Assembly: GCA_902526175.1 (NCBI GenBank)
Contig: CABZJY010000004.1
Span: 64,174-128,173 of the forward strand
Source of the DNA: an uncultured Alphaproteobacteria bacterium
GTDB lineage: Bacteria > Pseudomonadota > Alphaproteobacteria > Methylaequorales > Methylaequoraceae
Reading direction: 5' to 3'
DNA: 64,000 nucleotides
Shown: positions 1-9,970 of the stretch, in pieces
Layout of the letters: each line of letters opens with the position of its first letter
Numbering within the stretch: position 1 is the first letter of the stretch
The notes under the pieces: model-generated
What the model was told of the DNA's origin: nothing
The model's input: the letters and a program-made list of their open reading frames with translations, nothing else
Database searches by the model: none
Translations under genes and position numbers: made by a program

Positions 1-1050
1 GACTTTATCAAAAATACATGTATGGATGAATGGAATTATTTCTACAGACGTATTTTAATTAAAGATCTTAGATGTGGTGTATCTGAAAAAACAATTAATA
101 ATGTTGCAAAAAAAAATAATTTTGAAAAATATCAGATTGCAGTTTTTAATTGTCAACTAGCGCAAGATTCGGAACTTCACCAAAAAAAATTAGTCGGTAA
201 TAAGATTATTGAAGTCAAATTAGATGGTGTAAGGGTCATAACAATTTTGTATAAATCTGGAAATGTAGTTATGTTTAGCAGAAATGGAAAAGAACTAAAT
301 AATTTTGATCATATTACTAGACAATTTAGAGACTCAACCCAAAAAAACACACTTAATGAATCTTTGGTTATAGATGGCGAAATTGTTAGTAAGAATTTTC
401 AAGAACTTATGAAACAAATCTATAGAAAAGATAATGTTCAAAATAGTGATGCAATTCTATATGTTTTTGATTATTTGGCATTGAAAGATTTTCAATCTGG
501 GAAAAGTAATGTTAAACAAATTGACAGAATTTCTATGTTATCAAAATGGTTCGCATTAAACAAACCATACCTTAAAAATGTAAAACTAATGCCAAGGGAA
601 TATATTAATTTAGAAACCACAGAGGGTAAAAATATTTTTAAAAACTTTAATAATCGTGCAGTTGAAAAAGGATATGAGGGAATAATGATTAAAGATCCTA
701 ATGCTAATTATGAATGTAAAAGATCAACTTCATGGCTAAAATCAAAACCTGTTATAGAAGTGTCACTTAAAGTCAAAAGTATTGAAGAAGGTACTGGCAG
801 AAATTCTGGAAAATTAGGTGCAATTGCTGTAGAAGGTCAAGATAATGATAAATACTTTCAATTAAGTGTTGGTTCTGGTTTTTCAGATAAACAAAGAATA
901 GAATTTTGGGAAAAAAAAAAAGATCTTATAGGTCAAATAATTGAAGTTAAAGCTGACGCAGTTACTAAAAGTCAAGATGGTGAATTCTGGAGTTTAAGAT
1001 TTCCAAGATTTAAAACATTTAGAGGTTTTAAAAAAACAGAAAAGTTATAA
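1..1050 (+). CDS. ATP-dependent DNA ligase (5' end cut by window edge)
   Basis: Frame 1 is open from base 1, so the ATG at 22 is probably internal. KxDG adenylation motif (EVKLDGVR), later ligase-like motifs (ILYVFDY, EGIMIKD) and a C-terminal LRFPRF segment are present. Confidence 0.8.
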   Translation, partial: DFIKNTCMDEWNYFYRRILIKDLRCGVSEKTINNVAKKNNFEKYQIAVFNCQLAQDSELHQKKLVGNKIIEVKLDGVRVITILYKSGNVVMFSRNGKELNNFDHITRQFRDSTQKNTLNESLVIDGEIVSKNFQELMKQIYRKDNVQNSDAILYVFDYLALKDFQSGKSNVKQIDRISMLSKWFALNKPYLKNVKLMPREYINLETTEGKNIFKNFNNRAVEKGYEGIMIKDPNANYECKRSTSWLKSKPVIEVSLKVKSIEEGTGRNSGKLGAIAVEGQDNDKYFQLSVGSGFSDKQRIEFWEKKKDLIGQIIEVKADAVTKSQDGEFWSLRFPRFKTFRGFKKTEKL

Positions 1051-1090
1051 TTTCCATTGATTTTTTTAAAGGAAATTTTAATTAATATGT

Positions 1091-1558
1091 ATGAAGTTAA
1101 AAAAAATTTTATTATTATTTATATTTATCTTTATTGTTAAAAGTTGTTCATCAGAAGCAGATAATAAAAAATTGGGACAAATATTAGGATCAACAGTTGG
1201 GGCTGTTGTTGGTGCAGAATTTGGTTCAGGAAGCGGCAAGGCTATTATGACAATTCTTGGTGCCGCAACTGGGTACTTAATAGGTGGAGAAATAGTTGAA
1301 ATTCTAAGCAGAAGTGAACAAGACGAATTAAATGATGAAATAATTAATTCGTTGGAAACAAGTCCTCCTAATCAAAGAAATGTTTGGCGTAGTAATGAGG
1401 ATAATTCAACTGTAGCTGAAATTGTTCCAGGTGAAGAATTTTTTAGTAATCAAAAGGTATGTAGAAATTACAAAAAAACTGTTATAAAAAATGACAAAAA
1501 ATATTTAACGGATGCAACCGCCTGTAGAAACCAAAAAGGTAATTGGGTATTACTCTAA
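1091..1558 (+). CDS. 17-kDa surface antigen family lipoprotein (glycine-zipper N-domain)
   Basis: Signal peptide ending ..VKSC. Gly-zipper GSTVGAVVGAEFGSGSG. The C-terminal half aligns by eye with the Rickettsia 17-kDa antigen (..ETSPPNQ.NVWRS.., ..CRNYKKTV.., ..ACRNQKGNW). Confidence 0.75.
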   Translation: MKLKKILLLFIFIFIVKSCSSEADNKKLGQILGSTVGAVVGAEFGSGSGKAIMTILGAATGYLIGGEIVEILSRSEQDELNDEIINSLETSPPNQRNVWRSNEDNSTVAEIVPGEEFFSNQKVCRNYKKTVIKNDKKYLTDATACRNQKGNWVLL

Positions 1559-4041
1559 CTTTTTTCTAAACTCTTAATAATAAATGGAAGTACTACTAAG
1601 CAGTTAAACAGAGTCATTAATAAACTCAAAAATAATAAGATCCCCATCGAAGATGTTCCAGAATGATTAGAAAGTGCTAAAGTTGAAAATGATCCTATTG
1701 TTGTTAAACCACTAAATATTACTGCATTAGGAGTAGAACTTTCCATTAGCTTTTTATATGAATTATTACTTCTATATCTCTTTAATATAAATATAGTGTA
1801 GGACATACCAAGACTGAAAATCAAAGGGAGTGCAATCATGTTAGCAAAATTCAAATTTATAGAGAATACTGACATCAATAAAACTGTTAGTGGAACTGAT
1901 ATAAAAATTGGCAAAAAACTTAATAATAAATATTTAAAACTTTTAAAAACTACATAGCAAAAGATACTCAATATTGACAAAGTGATAATTAAAGCGGTAA
2001 CAAATGATTTAATTACAACTTTACCTGCCTCTTCCTGAATAACAGGCATTCCAGTGGCATTTGGATAAACCTTTAAAACATTATTTACAAAATTACTTAA
2101 ATTATTTTCTTTTAATGTAATTTCATTAGGGTAAATTTCTATTCTTTTAAATTCATTTTCTGCAATATATCTCTTTTGAAAATAATCTGGGATTTCATTT
2201 TCATTAATGGGTTTTAAATTTATGAAGCTATTTATGTTATCCACTAGTTTACTAAAACCACTAAACCATAATTCTTCAATCGAATTTAATTTATCTTCAT
2301 CTAACTTATCTATATTTTGAAATAGATATTCAGGAATTTTACCGTTCTTATCATAATCAGAATTTTCTAAAGATTTCAAAAGATTTTTTAATCTTTCAAA
2401 TTCATTAATATTTGAATAAAATTGGTTATTATTTTTTGGGCTAAGTAAAAATTTCAAATGTATTAAGTCCTCATCTAGAGTCTCTGCTTTATACAAATCC
2501 TCAATTGAAAAAACTGATTCAACTTCAAAAATACTATCAATTTCATCTATTTTTTCTTTTTTAAAATCTTTAGCAAATACAGATATTTTATAATCTGAGG
2601 ACGGATCTTTATCTAGTAATTTTAAAGCTAATTTAACTGACTGACTTTCTTGATCTTTTAATTTAAGTGGATCTGAATCAAAATTTATATTTCTGTATGA
2701 AAATAATGCGACAATTATTATTAAAATAAAAAAAGAAATTGTAATAGTTTTTTTTTTTAAAAGAATATCTAATAGATTTATAAGATTACCATTAAACAAA
2801 AAGGTTGTTTTCTGATTTTTAAATGCGTCAAAGTTTAAAAGTAATGAGGGCAACAAAAAGATGTTTGTTACTATACCTACTAGTACTCCAATCGTTGAAA
2901 CTAATCCTAATTCAGATAAACCTATATATTCTGTTGGTACAAATGACAAAAAACCAATAATCGAGGTTGTGCCAACTATTATTATTGATCGTGAAATATC
3001 TTTTATAGAAGATATAACATTTTTTGTTTTGTAGGTTTTTATCTCTCTCATCCTTAATGATAATTGAATACCAAAATCAACAGAAATTCCTATAAATAAG
3101 ACTGCAAACGCAACAGATATCATGTTCAAAGAACCAACCGTAACTGCGATAATTCCAAGTGTTATACTTAAACCGACAAAAATAGTAATTATTAGAGATG
3201 CTATGTAAGAAATATTTCTGAAAGCAATCCATAATAAAGCTCCAACTATAAAAATGCTAAACAAGGATGCCTTTAAAGCACCGTTAGTCACAGAATTTAA
3301 TTCTTCGTAGTCAAGAATTTGAGAGCCAGTAAAGTTAATTTCTATTTCTGAATTGTAATCTTTTATTTCATTTAAAAAAACATAGAAATCTGAAAAATTA
3401 TTTTTTTCTAAGTAATTTTTCGTAAATCCAAAAATGATAAAAATTTCATTACTATTATTAAACTCATTTTTCCAATTAATCTTTTCGGCATTATTAATTG
3501 AATAATTCATTTTTGTAAGAATTTCTAAAAATAAACTGATATCTGCTTTATTATTGATTGCTTGTTCAAATAAATTATTAAATCCAAATAATTTTGGATT
3601 ATTATTTATTTCTGTTAAAAAAGGTTGGAATTTATAAATTTTTTCTAACACATCATCTCTATTTTTTTCATTCAATAATTTAAATGCATTTTTTTTAAAA
3701 AAATTATCGATTTGCGGGCAAAAGAAAAAATTAAAGTTATCTGCTCTTTCTTGAAACTTCGCTAGTATATCTTTTGCGATAAACTCCAGCCTTTCATTAT
3801 TTTGGCTTTTTAAGACTATAATATTGTTATTACTTAGATATGGAAAAAGTTTTCTTAATTCATTTTGCTTTTTTTTAAATTCAGATTTTTCTGATATTAA
3901 GCTGTCAGTTGAAGAATTAATTTGAATATTATTTAAAAAAAAATTCAAAGATACAAATGTAAGGCAGAAGAAAATAAAAATATTAGATTTAGGGTAAATT
4001 ACGCTATAATAAATAAAAAAATTAACTATCCTTTTTAACAT
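1555..4041 (-). CDS. MMPL/RND-superfamily membrane transporter (HpnN-like lipid exporter family)
   Basis: Two ~6-helix hydrophobic bundles separated by large soluble loops, ~830 aa. Start moved to the ATG at 4041 (MLKRIVNFF..). The longer ORF-track start at 4188 would overlap the divergent gene at 4084. Confidence 0.7.
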   Translation of the reverse strand: MLKRIVNFFIYYSVIYPKSNIFIFFCLTFVSLNFFLNNIQINSSTDSLISEKSEFKKKQNELRKLFPYLSNNNIIVLKSQNNERLEFIAKDILAKFQERADNFNFFFCPQIDNFFKKNAFKLLNEKNRDDVLEKIYKFQPFLTEINNNPKLFGFNNLFEQAINNKADISLFLEILTKMNYSINNAEKINWKNEFNNSNEIFIIFGFTKNYLEKNNFSDFYVFLNEIKDYNSEIEINFTGSQILDYEELNSVTNGALKASLFSIFIVGALLWIAFRNISYIASLIITIFVGLSITLGIIAVTVGSLNMISVAFAVLFIGISVDFGIQLSLRMREIKTYKTKNVISSIKDISRSIIIVGTTSIIGFLSFVPTEYIGLSELGLVSTIGVLVGIVTNIFLLPSLLLNFDAFKNQKTTFLFNGNLINLLDILLKKKTITISFFILIIIVALFSYRNINFDSDPLKLKDQESQSVKLALKLLDKDPSSDYKISVFAKDFKKEKIDEIDSIFEVESVFSIEDLYKAETLDEDLIHLKFLLSPKNNNQFYSNINEFERLKNLLKSLENSDYDKNGKIPEYLFQNIDKLDEDKLNSIEELWFSGFSKLVDNINSFINLKPINENEIPDYFQKRYIAENEFKRIEIYPNEITLKENNLSNFVNNVLKVYPNATGMPVIQEEAGKVVIKSFVTALIITLSILSIFCYVVFKSFKYLLLSFLPIFISVPLTVLLMSVFSINLNFANMIALPLIFSLGMSYTIFILKRYRSNNSYKKLMESSTPNAVIFSGLTTIGSFSTLALSNHSGTSSMGILLFLSLLMTLFNCLVVLPFIIKSLEKS

Positions 4042-4083
4042 AAAAAACTTAAATTTAAATTTTAAATAATTAATTATATAAAT

Positions 4084-4302
4084 ATGGGGCTTGTCGTAAA
4101 TGATATTTTGGAAAAGATAACAGATTCTCATTTTGTTGGTGAAAAATTTAGAATTGTTAGGCTTAAAAATATAAGTGGAAATGTTCATGCATATATTGTA
4201 AATATAAAAGATGAGAAAACCGAATTTATGGTAGCTCTATCTGTTTTAGAAGACGTGAAGAGATTTAAAGTTGTAAATAAAAGTGGAAAGGTCTTAATAT
4301 GA
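4084..4302 (+). CDS. small hypothetical protein (72 aa)
   Basis: Intact ORF whose stop overlaps the next start in an ATGA junction (4299-4302). No family recognised. Confidence 0.4.
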   Translation: MGLVVNDILEKITDSHFVGEKFRIVRLKNISGNVHAYIVNIKDEKTEFMVALSVLEDVKRFKVVNKSGKVLI

Positions 4303-4829
4303 TTGTCAGGAATTTAAAATTTTACGCTTGTTTTTTATTTATTTTTTTTATTTCATTTGAAATTATTTCTCACGGTCCATCTAGGCAAAAAGTAGTTGAG
4401 AAAGTAGTTATCAATGCAGAACTAACAAAAGTGTGGGAAATTGTTTCAAATTTTTCAGATTTTTCCTGGAATCCACTTGTAGTTTCTACTGATTCTAATG
4501 GAAATGAAATTGGTTCTTTGAGAAAAATAAAATCAAAAAATGGCTCAAATATTTCTCAGTCATTAGAAAAGCTTAATGAAGAAAAAAAAATGATCAGTTG
4601 GAGGATTAAGGAAACAGACCAAAAACTTTTACCAGTTAATAGTTATCAAGCTACTTTGATACTCAAAGACCAAGGAGGAAAAGTTGAAGCAACCTACAAA
4701 GCTGGATTTTATAGAGGTTTTATGGGTAATGATCCTCCTGATGAACTAAACGATGAAAACTCAAAAAAAAAAGTTAAAGAGTTCATTAGCTCAGCTTTAC
4801 AAAACCTAAAAACAATATTAGAAAAATGA
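4299..4829 (+). CDS. secreted SRPBCC (START/polyketide-cyclase-like) ligand-binding protein
   Basis: N-terminal signal peptide. The segment VVINAELTKVWEIVSNFSDFSWNP is typical of the SRPBCC N-terminus. Size ~150 aa mature. Confidence 0.6.
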   Translation: MIVRNLKFYACFLFIFFISFEIISHGPSRQKVVEKVVINAELTKVWEIVSNFSDFSWNPLVVSTDSNGNEIGSLRKIKSKNGSNISQSLEKLNEEKKMISWRIKETDQKLLPVNSYQATLILKDQGGKVEATYKAGFYRGFMGNDPPDELNDENSKKKVKEFISSALQNLKTILEK

Positions 4830-5763
4830 CTTTTTTTTTTTTTCAATTCTTTATTTTTTAAGTAATTCAATCAAAAGTGAACCCCTAGCTTTTATAACAT
4901 GCCAAGAAAGCAATCAAGTTGATGTAGTCAATTTAAAGTCTCTAACTATTCAATATAGTTACAAGGTTGGATCTGCGCCTGCTGCTATTGATATAGATAC
5001 AAAAAAAAAGCTAGTTTATGTTGCAAACCCAAATAGTAACAACGTGAGCATTATTAATCTTAAAACTAAAGAAGTTGAAAATATTGATGCCAATAAAAGT
5101 CCATTAGGTATCAAGTTTCATGGAATATACAACAAAATAATCGTATCTAACTGGTATGACGATACCATTACAATTATTGATCAAGAAAAAAAAGACAAAA
5201 AGACTATAAAAGTAGGAAAATCGCCTGCTGGCATTGATATTCATCCTAAAACTGGTCAGATAGTAGTAGCTAACAGAGATAGTAATACTGTAACTATCAT
5301 TGAAGATTTAAATAAAAAAATCATTAATACAATAAAAGTTCAAAAATCTCCATTTGGTGTTTTCTTTAGCAGTGACGGCAAAAAGATTTATGTTTCAAAT
5401 GTACAATCAAATTCTATAAGTGTGATAGATTTTAAATTACGTAAAATAATAAAAAATTTTAAAGTTAAAGAATGGCCTTATCAAGTATCAATTTTTCCAG
5501 AAAACAATGAATTATTTGTCTCTAATCAAAGAGATGACAGTATTTCAATACTGAATTTGCAAACATACCAATTGAAAAATGAGATTTCTAATGTTTGTGG
5601 ATACCCGGAAGGACTAAATATTAATAAAAAATTAAATTTAATTATTATTGCTTGTTGGTTTGATAACGAGGTTGTAATTTTAAATTTAAGAAATAAAAAG
5701 GTTATAAAAAAAATAGAAGTTTGTGAGGGACCAAGATCATTTGGAAAGTTTGTGATAGATTAA
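4826..5763 (+). CDS. YVTN-family beta-propeller repeat protein; needs one frame change inside the T13 tract
   Basis: Six ~40-aa repeats of the type K.IYVSN..SN.ISVID. Frame 1 is open back to 4822 and encodes another repeat plus a signal-peptide-like FFFFSILYFLS. It has no ATG/GTG/TTG before the GTG at 5044. The ATG at 4826 (ATGA overlap with the SRPBCC stop) lies in frame 2 and stops after 11 codons. Confidence 0.6.
4831..4843. repeat. T13 homopolymer at the 5' end of the beta-propeller gene
   Basis: Counted directly: c4830, 13 x t, c4844. Confidence 0.95.
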
Positions 5764-5766
5764 ATT

Positions 5767-7734
5767 ATGTTTAGTAAAAGTAAGAAAAAAGAATTAACTT
5801 TGATGGCTAACGCAATCAGGAGTCTCACTATAGATTCGGTAGAGAAAGCAAATTCTGGACACCCTGGTATGCCTCTTGGAATTGCTGATGTTGCAACCGT
5901 ATTATTTAGTTTTTTCTTAAAATTTGATCCTGAATACCCAAAATGGCCTGATAGAGATAGATTTATTTTATCTGCTGGACATGGATCAATGCTACTTTAT
6001 GCACTTTCATACTTAGTTGGGTATAAAGATAGTTCACTTAATCAATTAAAAAAATTTAGACAGCTTGGAAGTAAAACTGCTGGCCATCCAGAGTATGGCT
6101 TATTAAAATGTATAGAAACCACAACTGGACCTCTAGGGCAAGGACTTGCTAATGCTGTTGGAATGGCATTATCGGAAAGTTTATTAAATTCTATTTATGG
6201 GAAATCAATTGTTAATCATAAAACTTACGTTATTGTTGGAGATGGATGTTTAATGGAAGGAATTTCTCAAGAATCAATCTCAATTGCTGGACACCTTAAA
6301 CTAAAAAATCTAATTGTAATATTTGATAATAATGGTATTTCGATAGATGGTCCAACAAGCCTAGCGTCATCTGAAAATCATATGTTGAGATTTAAATCTT
6401 GTGGTTGGGATACAATCGAAATTGATGGCCATAACTTTGACGAAATATTTAACGCATTTAATAAAGCAAAAAAGAACCTAAAACCAACTTTTATTAGTTG
6501 TAAAACTACAATAGGATTTGGATCACCAAATAAATCAGGTAAATCTTCCTCACATGGATCACCTTTGGGTCAAGATGAAGCTATTGCTACTAGGAATAAT
6601 CTTAATATTTTAGAATGGAAAAACTTCAAGCTACCAAAAAAAGTATTAAATCTTTGGGCAAAGTGCTCTAAAAAAGGCAATAGGGAAAGAATCAATTGGG
6701 ATAATAGGCTAAATAAAAGTAAAAAAAAAAATATATTTCTTAGACAAATTAAGCCTTTGCGGTATCTTAGAAATAAAATTTCAAAGGATTATTTAAGAAA
6801 GATTCTAGAAGAAAAAAAACCTGAAGCTACAAGGAAATCTTCACAAAATTCAATAGAAATACTTTCTCAAAGTATAAAAAACTTTTTAGGTGGCTCAGCT
6901 GATTTAACAGAATCAAATTTAACAAAGGTTAAAGCCTCAAAAGTATCTGGGAAAAAAATTAATTATATTCATTATGGGATTAGGGAACATCTAATGGCTG
7001 CTGCTATGAACGGTATTTCCTTACATGGAGGATTTATACCTTATGGAGGTACTTTTTTAATTTTTTCTGACTATTGTAAAAATGCTATAAGATTATCGGC
7101 ATTAATGAAGCAACAAGTTATCTACGTTTTTACACATGATTCTATCGGATTAGGTGAAGATGGCCCAACTCATCAACCTGTAGAACAATTAGTTGGACTA
7201 AGAGCAATTCCAAATTTATTAGTTTTAAGACCGTGTGACTCAATTGAAACATTTGAATGTTGGGAATTAGCGCTAATAAATAATGATAAACCTTCATGCT
7301 TAATTTTATCCAGACAAGGCTTACCCCTTATTAGGAATGATATCAAAACGAATGAATGTAAAAAGGGCGGCTATTTCATTGAAGAAAACAAAAATTCTAA
7401 ACTAACACTTTTTGCGAGCGGGTCAGAGGTAAGTCTTGCCTTAAAAGTTTACCAATTACTAAAGAAAAAAAAAATTTTATCAAATTTGGTTTCTATGCCC
7501 TCCATTGAATTATTCGAGAGTCAAAGTCAATTATATAAAAATAAAATTTTAGGAAAAAATCCCAGAGTTTTTATAGAGGCTGGTGCTTCAATGAATTGGT
7601 ATAAATTTAAAGAAAAAAATGATATTATTATTGGTATAGATACATTTGGGGAGTCAGGGAAAGGAAATGAAGTTATGAAACATTTTGGATTCGATGAAAA
7701 TTTAATTTTAAACAAAATTTTAGATAAAATTTAA
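5767..7734 (+). CDS. tkt: transketolase
   Basis: 655 aa with motifs SGHPG, GDGCLMEGIS and THDSIGLGEDGPTHQP. Confidence 0.95.
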   Translation: MFSKSKKKELTLMANAIRSLTIDSVEKANSGHPGMPLGIADVATVLFSFFLKFDPEYPKWPDRDRFILSAGHGSMLLYALSYLVGYKDSSLNQLKKFRQLGSKTAGHPEYGLLKCIETTTGPLGQGLANAVGMALSESLLNSIYGKSIVNHKTYVIVGDGCLMEGISQESISIAGHLKLKNLIVIFDNNGISIDGPTSLASSENHMLRFKSCGWDTIEIDGHNFDEIFNAFNKAKKNLKPTFISCKTTIGFGSPNKSGKSSSHGSPLGQDEAIATRNNLNILEWKNFKLPKKVLNLWAKCSKKGNRERINWDNRLNKSKKKNIFLRQIKPLRYLRNKISKDYLRKILEEKKPEATRKSSQNSIEILSQSIKNFLGGSADLTESNLTKVKASKVSGKKINYIHYGIREHLMAAAMNGISLHGGFIPYGGTFLIFSDYCKNAIRLSALMKQQVIYVFTHDSIGLGEDGPTHQPVEQLVGLRAIPNLLVLRPCDSIETFECWELALINNDKPSCLILSRQGLPLIRNDIKTNECKKGGYFIEENKNSKLTLFASGSEVSLALKVYQLLKKKKILSNLVSMPSIELFESQSQLYKNKILGKNPRVFIEAGASMNWYKFKEKNDIIIGIDTFGESGKGNEVMKHFGFDENLILNKILDKI

Positions 7735-7736
7735 AA

Positions 7737-8933
7737 ATGATGATTAACCTTAGAAAGAGTTTTTTAGACTCTCTTGAGTTTGTAAATAATAAAACAGCTA
7801 TTTTACGCATTGATTTAAATTTACCAATTGTTGACGGAAAAGTTTCAGACTTCACTAGAATGGATAAAATTTTGCCTACTATAAAAGGTATTTTAGATAG
7901 AAATGGTAAAATTATAATAATATCTCATTTAGGAAGACCTAAAGGGATTAATAATAAAGAACTTTCATTGAAACCACTACTTCCATTTTTAGAGGAAAAA
8001 ATTGGGTCAAATATAACATTTTGCAACGAAGATATTTTTGGAAAAAAAATTGAAAGACTAATAAAAAAAATGATCCCGAAGGATATTTTATTATTAGAAA
8101 ATATTAGATTTTATCATCAAGAAGAAGAAAATGATTTATCATTTTCAAAACGACTTGCAAGTTTTGGTGATATATTTATTAACGAGTCTTTTTCTACTTC
8201 ACATAGAAATCATTCTTCAATATCAGGAATTGGGACGTTTTTACCAAGCTTTCCCGGTTCATTATTTGAATTTGAAATTAAAAATCTTAGTAAAATATTT
8301 AGAGACTCAAATAGAAAAACAGTAGCAGTTTTAGGAGGTGCTAAAGTATCTACAAAACTTAGTCTTATTCATAATCTTGCAAAAAAATTTGACAAAATTC
8401 TTATTGGTGGTGCAATGGCGAATACGTTTTTAGCTTCTTTAGGTATTGATATAGGTAATTCTATTAAAGAGTCTAAGTTAGAACAAGATGCTAAGCAACT
8501 ATTGAATGACTTTAAGGGAAAAATCATTATTCCAGATGATGTTATTGTTGTAAACTCAGAAAAACCTGATTCAAATCTAACTATTAATGTTGATAGTTTG
8601 AGCGGTTCAGAAAATGTAATTATGGACATAGGCCCTAAAACTAGAAAAAATTTTTATAATATTATTAGTAAATCAGAAATATTATTATGGAATGGACCTT
8701 TAGGATTTTTTGAAAAAATACCTTTTGATAATGGCAGTAACTATGTTGCTTCCGTAGTAAAAGTTATGTATTCAAAAAAATTTTTTTCAGTCGCAGGTGG
8801 TGGAGACACAATTTCTTGTATAAAAAACTCTGGATTCTATGAATTTTTCTCTTTTATCTCAACAGGCGGAGGTGCATTTCTTGAATTAATCGAAGGAAAA
8901 AATTTACCAGGTATTGAGATTTTAAATAAGTAG
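7737..8933 (+). CDS. pgk: phosphoglycerate kinase
   Basis: 398 aa with RIDLNLP, SHLGRPKG, STGGGAFLE. Confidence 0.95.
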   Translation: MMINLRKSFLDSLEFVNNKTAILRIDLNLPIVDGKVSDFTRMDKILPTIKGILDRNGKIIIISHLGRPKGINNKELSLKPLLPFLEEKIGSNITFCNEDIFGKKIERLIKKMIPKDILLLENIRFYHQEEENDLSFSKRLASFGDIFINESFSTSHRNHSSISGIGTFLPSFPGSLFEFEIKNLSKIFRDSNRKTVAVLGGAKVSTKLSLIHNLAKKFDKILIGGAMANTFLASLGIDIGNSIKESKLEQDAKQLLNDFKGKIIIPDDVIVVNSEKPDSNLTINVDSLSGSENVIMDIGPKTRKNFYNIISKSEILLWNGPLGFFEKIPFDNGSNYVASVVKVMYSKKFFSVAGGGDTISCIKNSGFYEFFSFISTGGGAFLELIEGKNLPGIEILNK

Positions 8934-8947
8934 TTTAACTTATAATC

Positions 8948-9970
8948 ATGGATAAAGAAAAATTAAATATTATTGCTAAAAAACTTGTTGAAGAACCCAA
9001 AGGGATTTTAGCAGCAGATGAAAGTACTGGGACCATTGGAAAGAGGTTTGACCAAATAAATCTAGAGTCAAATATTGAAAATAGAAGAAAGTATAGAGAT
9101 CTTCTTTTTTCTACTGCTCAATTAGAAAAATATATAAGTGGAGTGATATTATTTGACGAAACGATTAGGCAAGATAGTGATCAAAATACAAGTTTTGTAA
9201 ATCTATTAAAAAAAAAGAAAATCGCAGTTGGAATTAAAGTTGATTTAGGCGCCAAAACATTAATTGGTTCTGAAAAGGAAAAAATTACAGAAGGATTGGA
9301 CGGTCTTTCGTCAAGAATAGAAAACTATAATGAATTAGGTGCAGAATTTACAAAATGGAGGGCGGTAATTACCATAGGTGACAATATTCCATCCAAAAAA
9401 TGTATTTATTTGAATTCTATATATCTATCTAGTTATGCTAGAATAGTTCAAAGCTATGGTCTAGTGCCGATAGTAGAACCTGAAGTTCTAATGGATGGTA
9501 ATCATGATATAAATAAATGTCTTGATGTCACCTCAGAAGTTTTGCAAGTACTCTTTCAAGAATTAAAAAAACAAGATGTATATTTAGGAGGTATATTACT
9601 CAAACCGAATATGGTAATATCAGGTAATGAATGTGAATCGCAAGCAGATCCAGAAACTGTTGCTGAACTTACCGTAAAATGTCTAACTGACAATGTTCCA
9701 AGTGAAGTTCCTGGTATTGTATTTCTATCAGGAGGACAGTCTAATGAATTAGCAACTGAACATTTAAACTTGATGAATAAATTTAATAATTTACCATTCA
9801 AACTAAGTTTTTCTTATGGAAGAGCTCTCCAACATCCTGCAATTTCAAGTTGGTTAGGAAAAGATTCAAATATCAAACTAGCACAAGATGCACTTTATAA
9901 AAGGTCGGAATTAAATTCTCTCGCTACTTTAGGAAAATATAATCTAAGTCTTGAAGAAAATAGTATATGA
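8948..9970 (+). CDS. fba: fructose-bisphosphate aldolase, class I
   Basis: 340 aa. ILAADESTGTIGKRF and LLKPNMV (Schiff-base Lys region) are typical of class I aldolases. Confidence 0.9.
   Translation: MDKEKLNIIAKKLVEEPKGILAADESTGTIGKRFDQINLESNIENRRKYRDLLFSTAQLEKYISGVILFDETIRQDSDQNTSFVNLLKKKKIAVGIKVDLGAKTLIGSEKEKITEGLDGLSSRIENYNELGAEFTKWRAVITIGDNIPSKKCIYLNSIYLSSYARIVQSYGLVPIVEPEVLMDGNHDINKCLDVTSEVLQVLFQELKKQDVYLGGILLKPNMVISGNECESQADPETVAELTVKCLTDNVPSEVPGIVFLSGGQSNELATEHLNLMNKFNNLPFKLSFSYGRALQHPAISSWLGKDSNIKLAQDALYKRSELNSLATLGKYNLSLEENSI

Noticed and set aside
1049-1077. Inverted repeat AATTTCC..(15 nt)..GGAAATT after the ligase gene, considered as an intrinsic terminator.
   Set aside because: AT-rich 7-bp stem, large loop and no clean U-tract. 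It could easily arise by chance at this base composition.
4042-4188. 49-codon N-terminal extension of the MMPL transporter.
   Set aside because: Low-complexity, AT-driven sequence that overlaps the divergent gene start at 4084. The ATG at 4041 begins the first hydrophobic helix.
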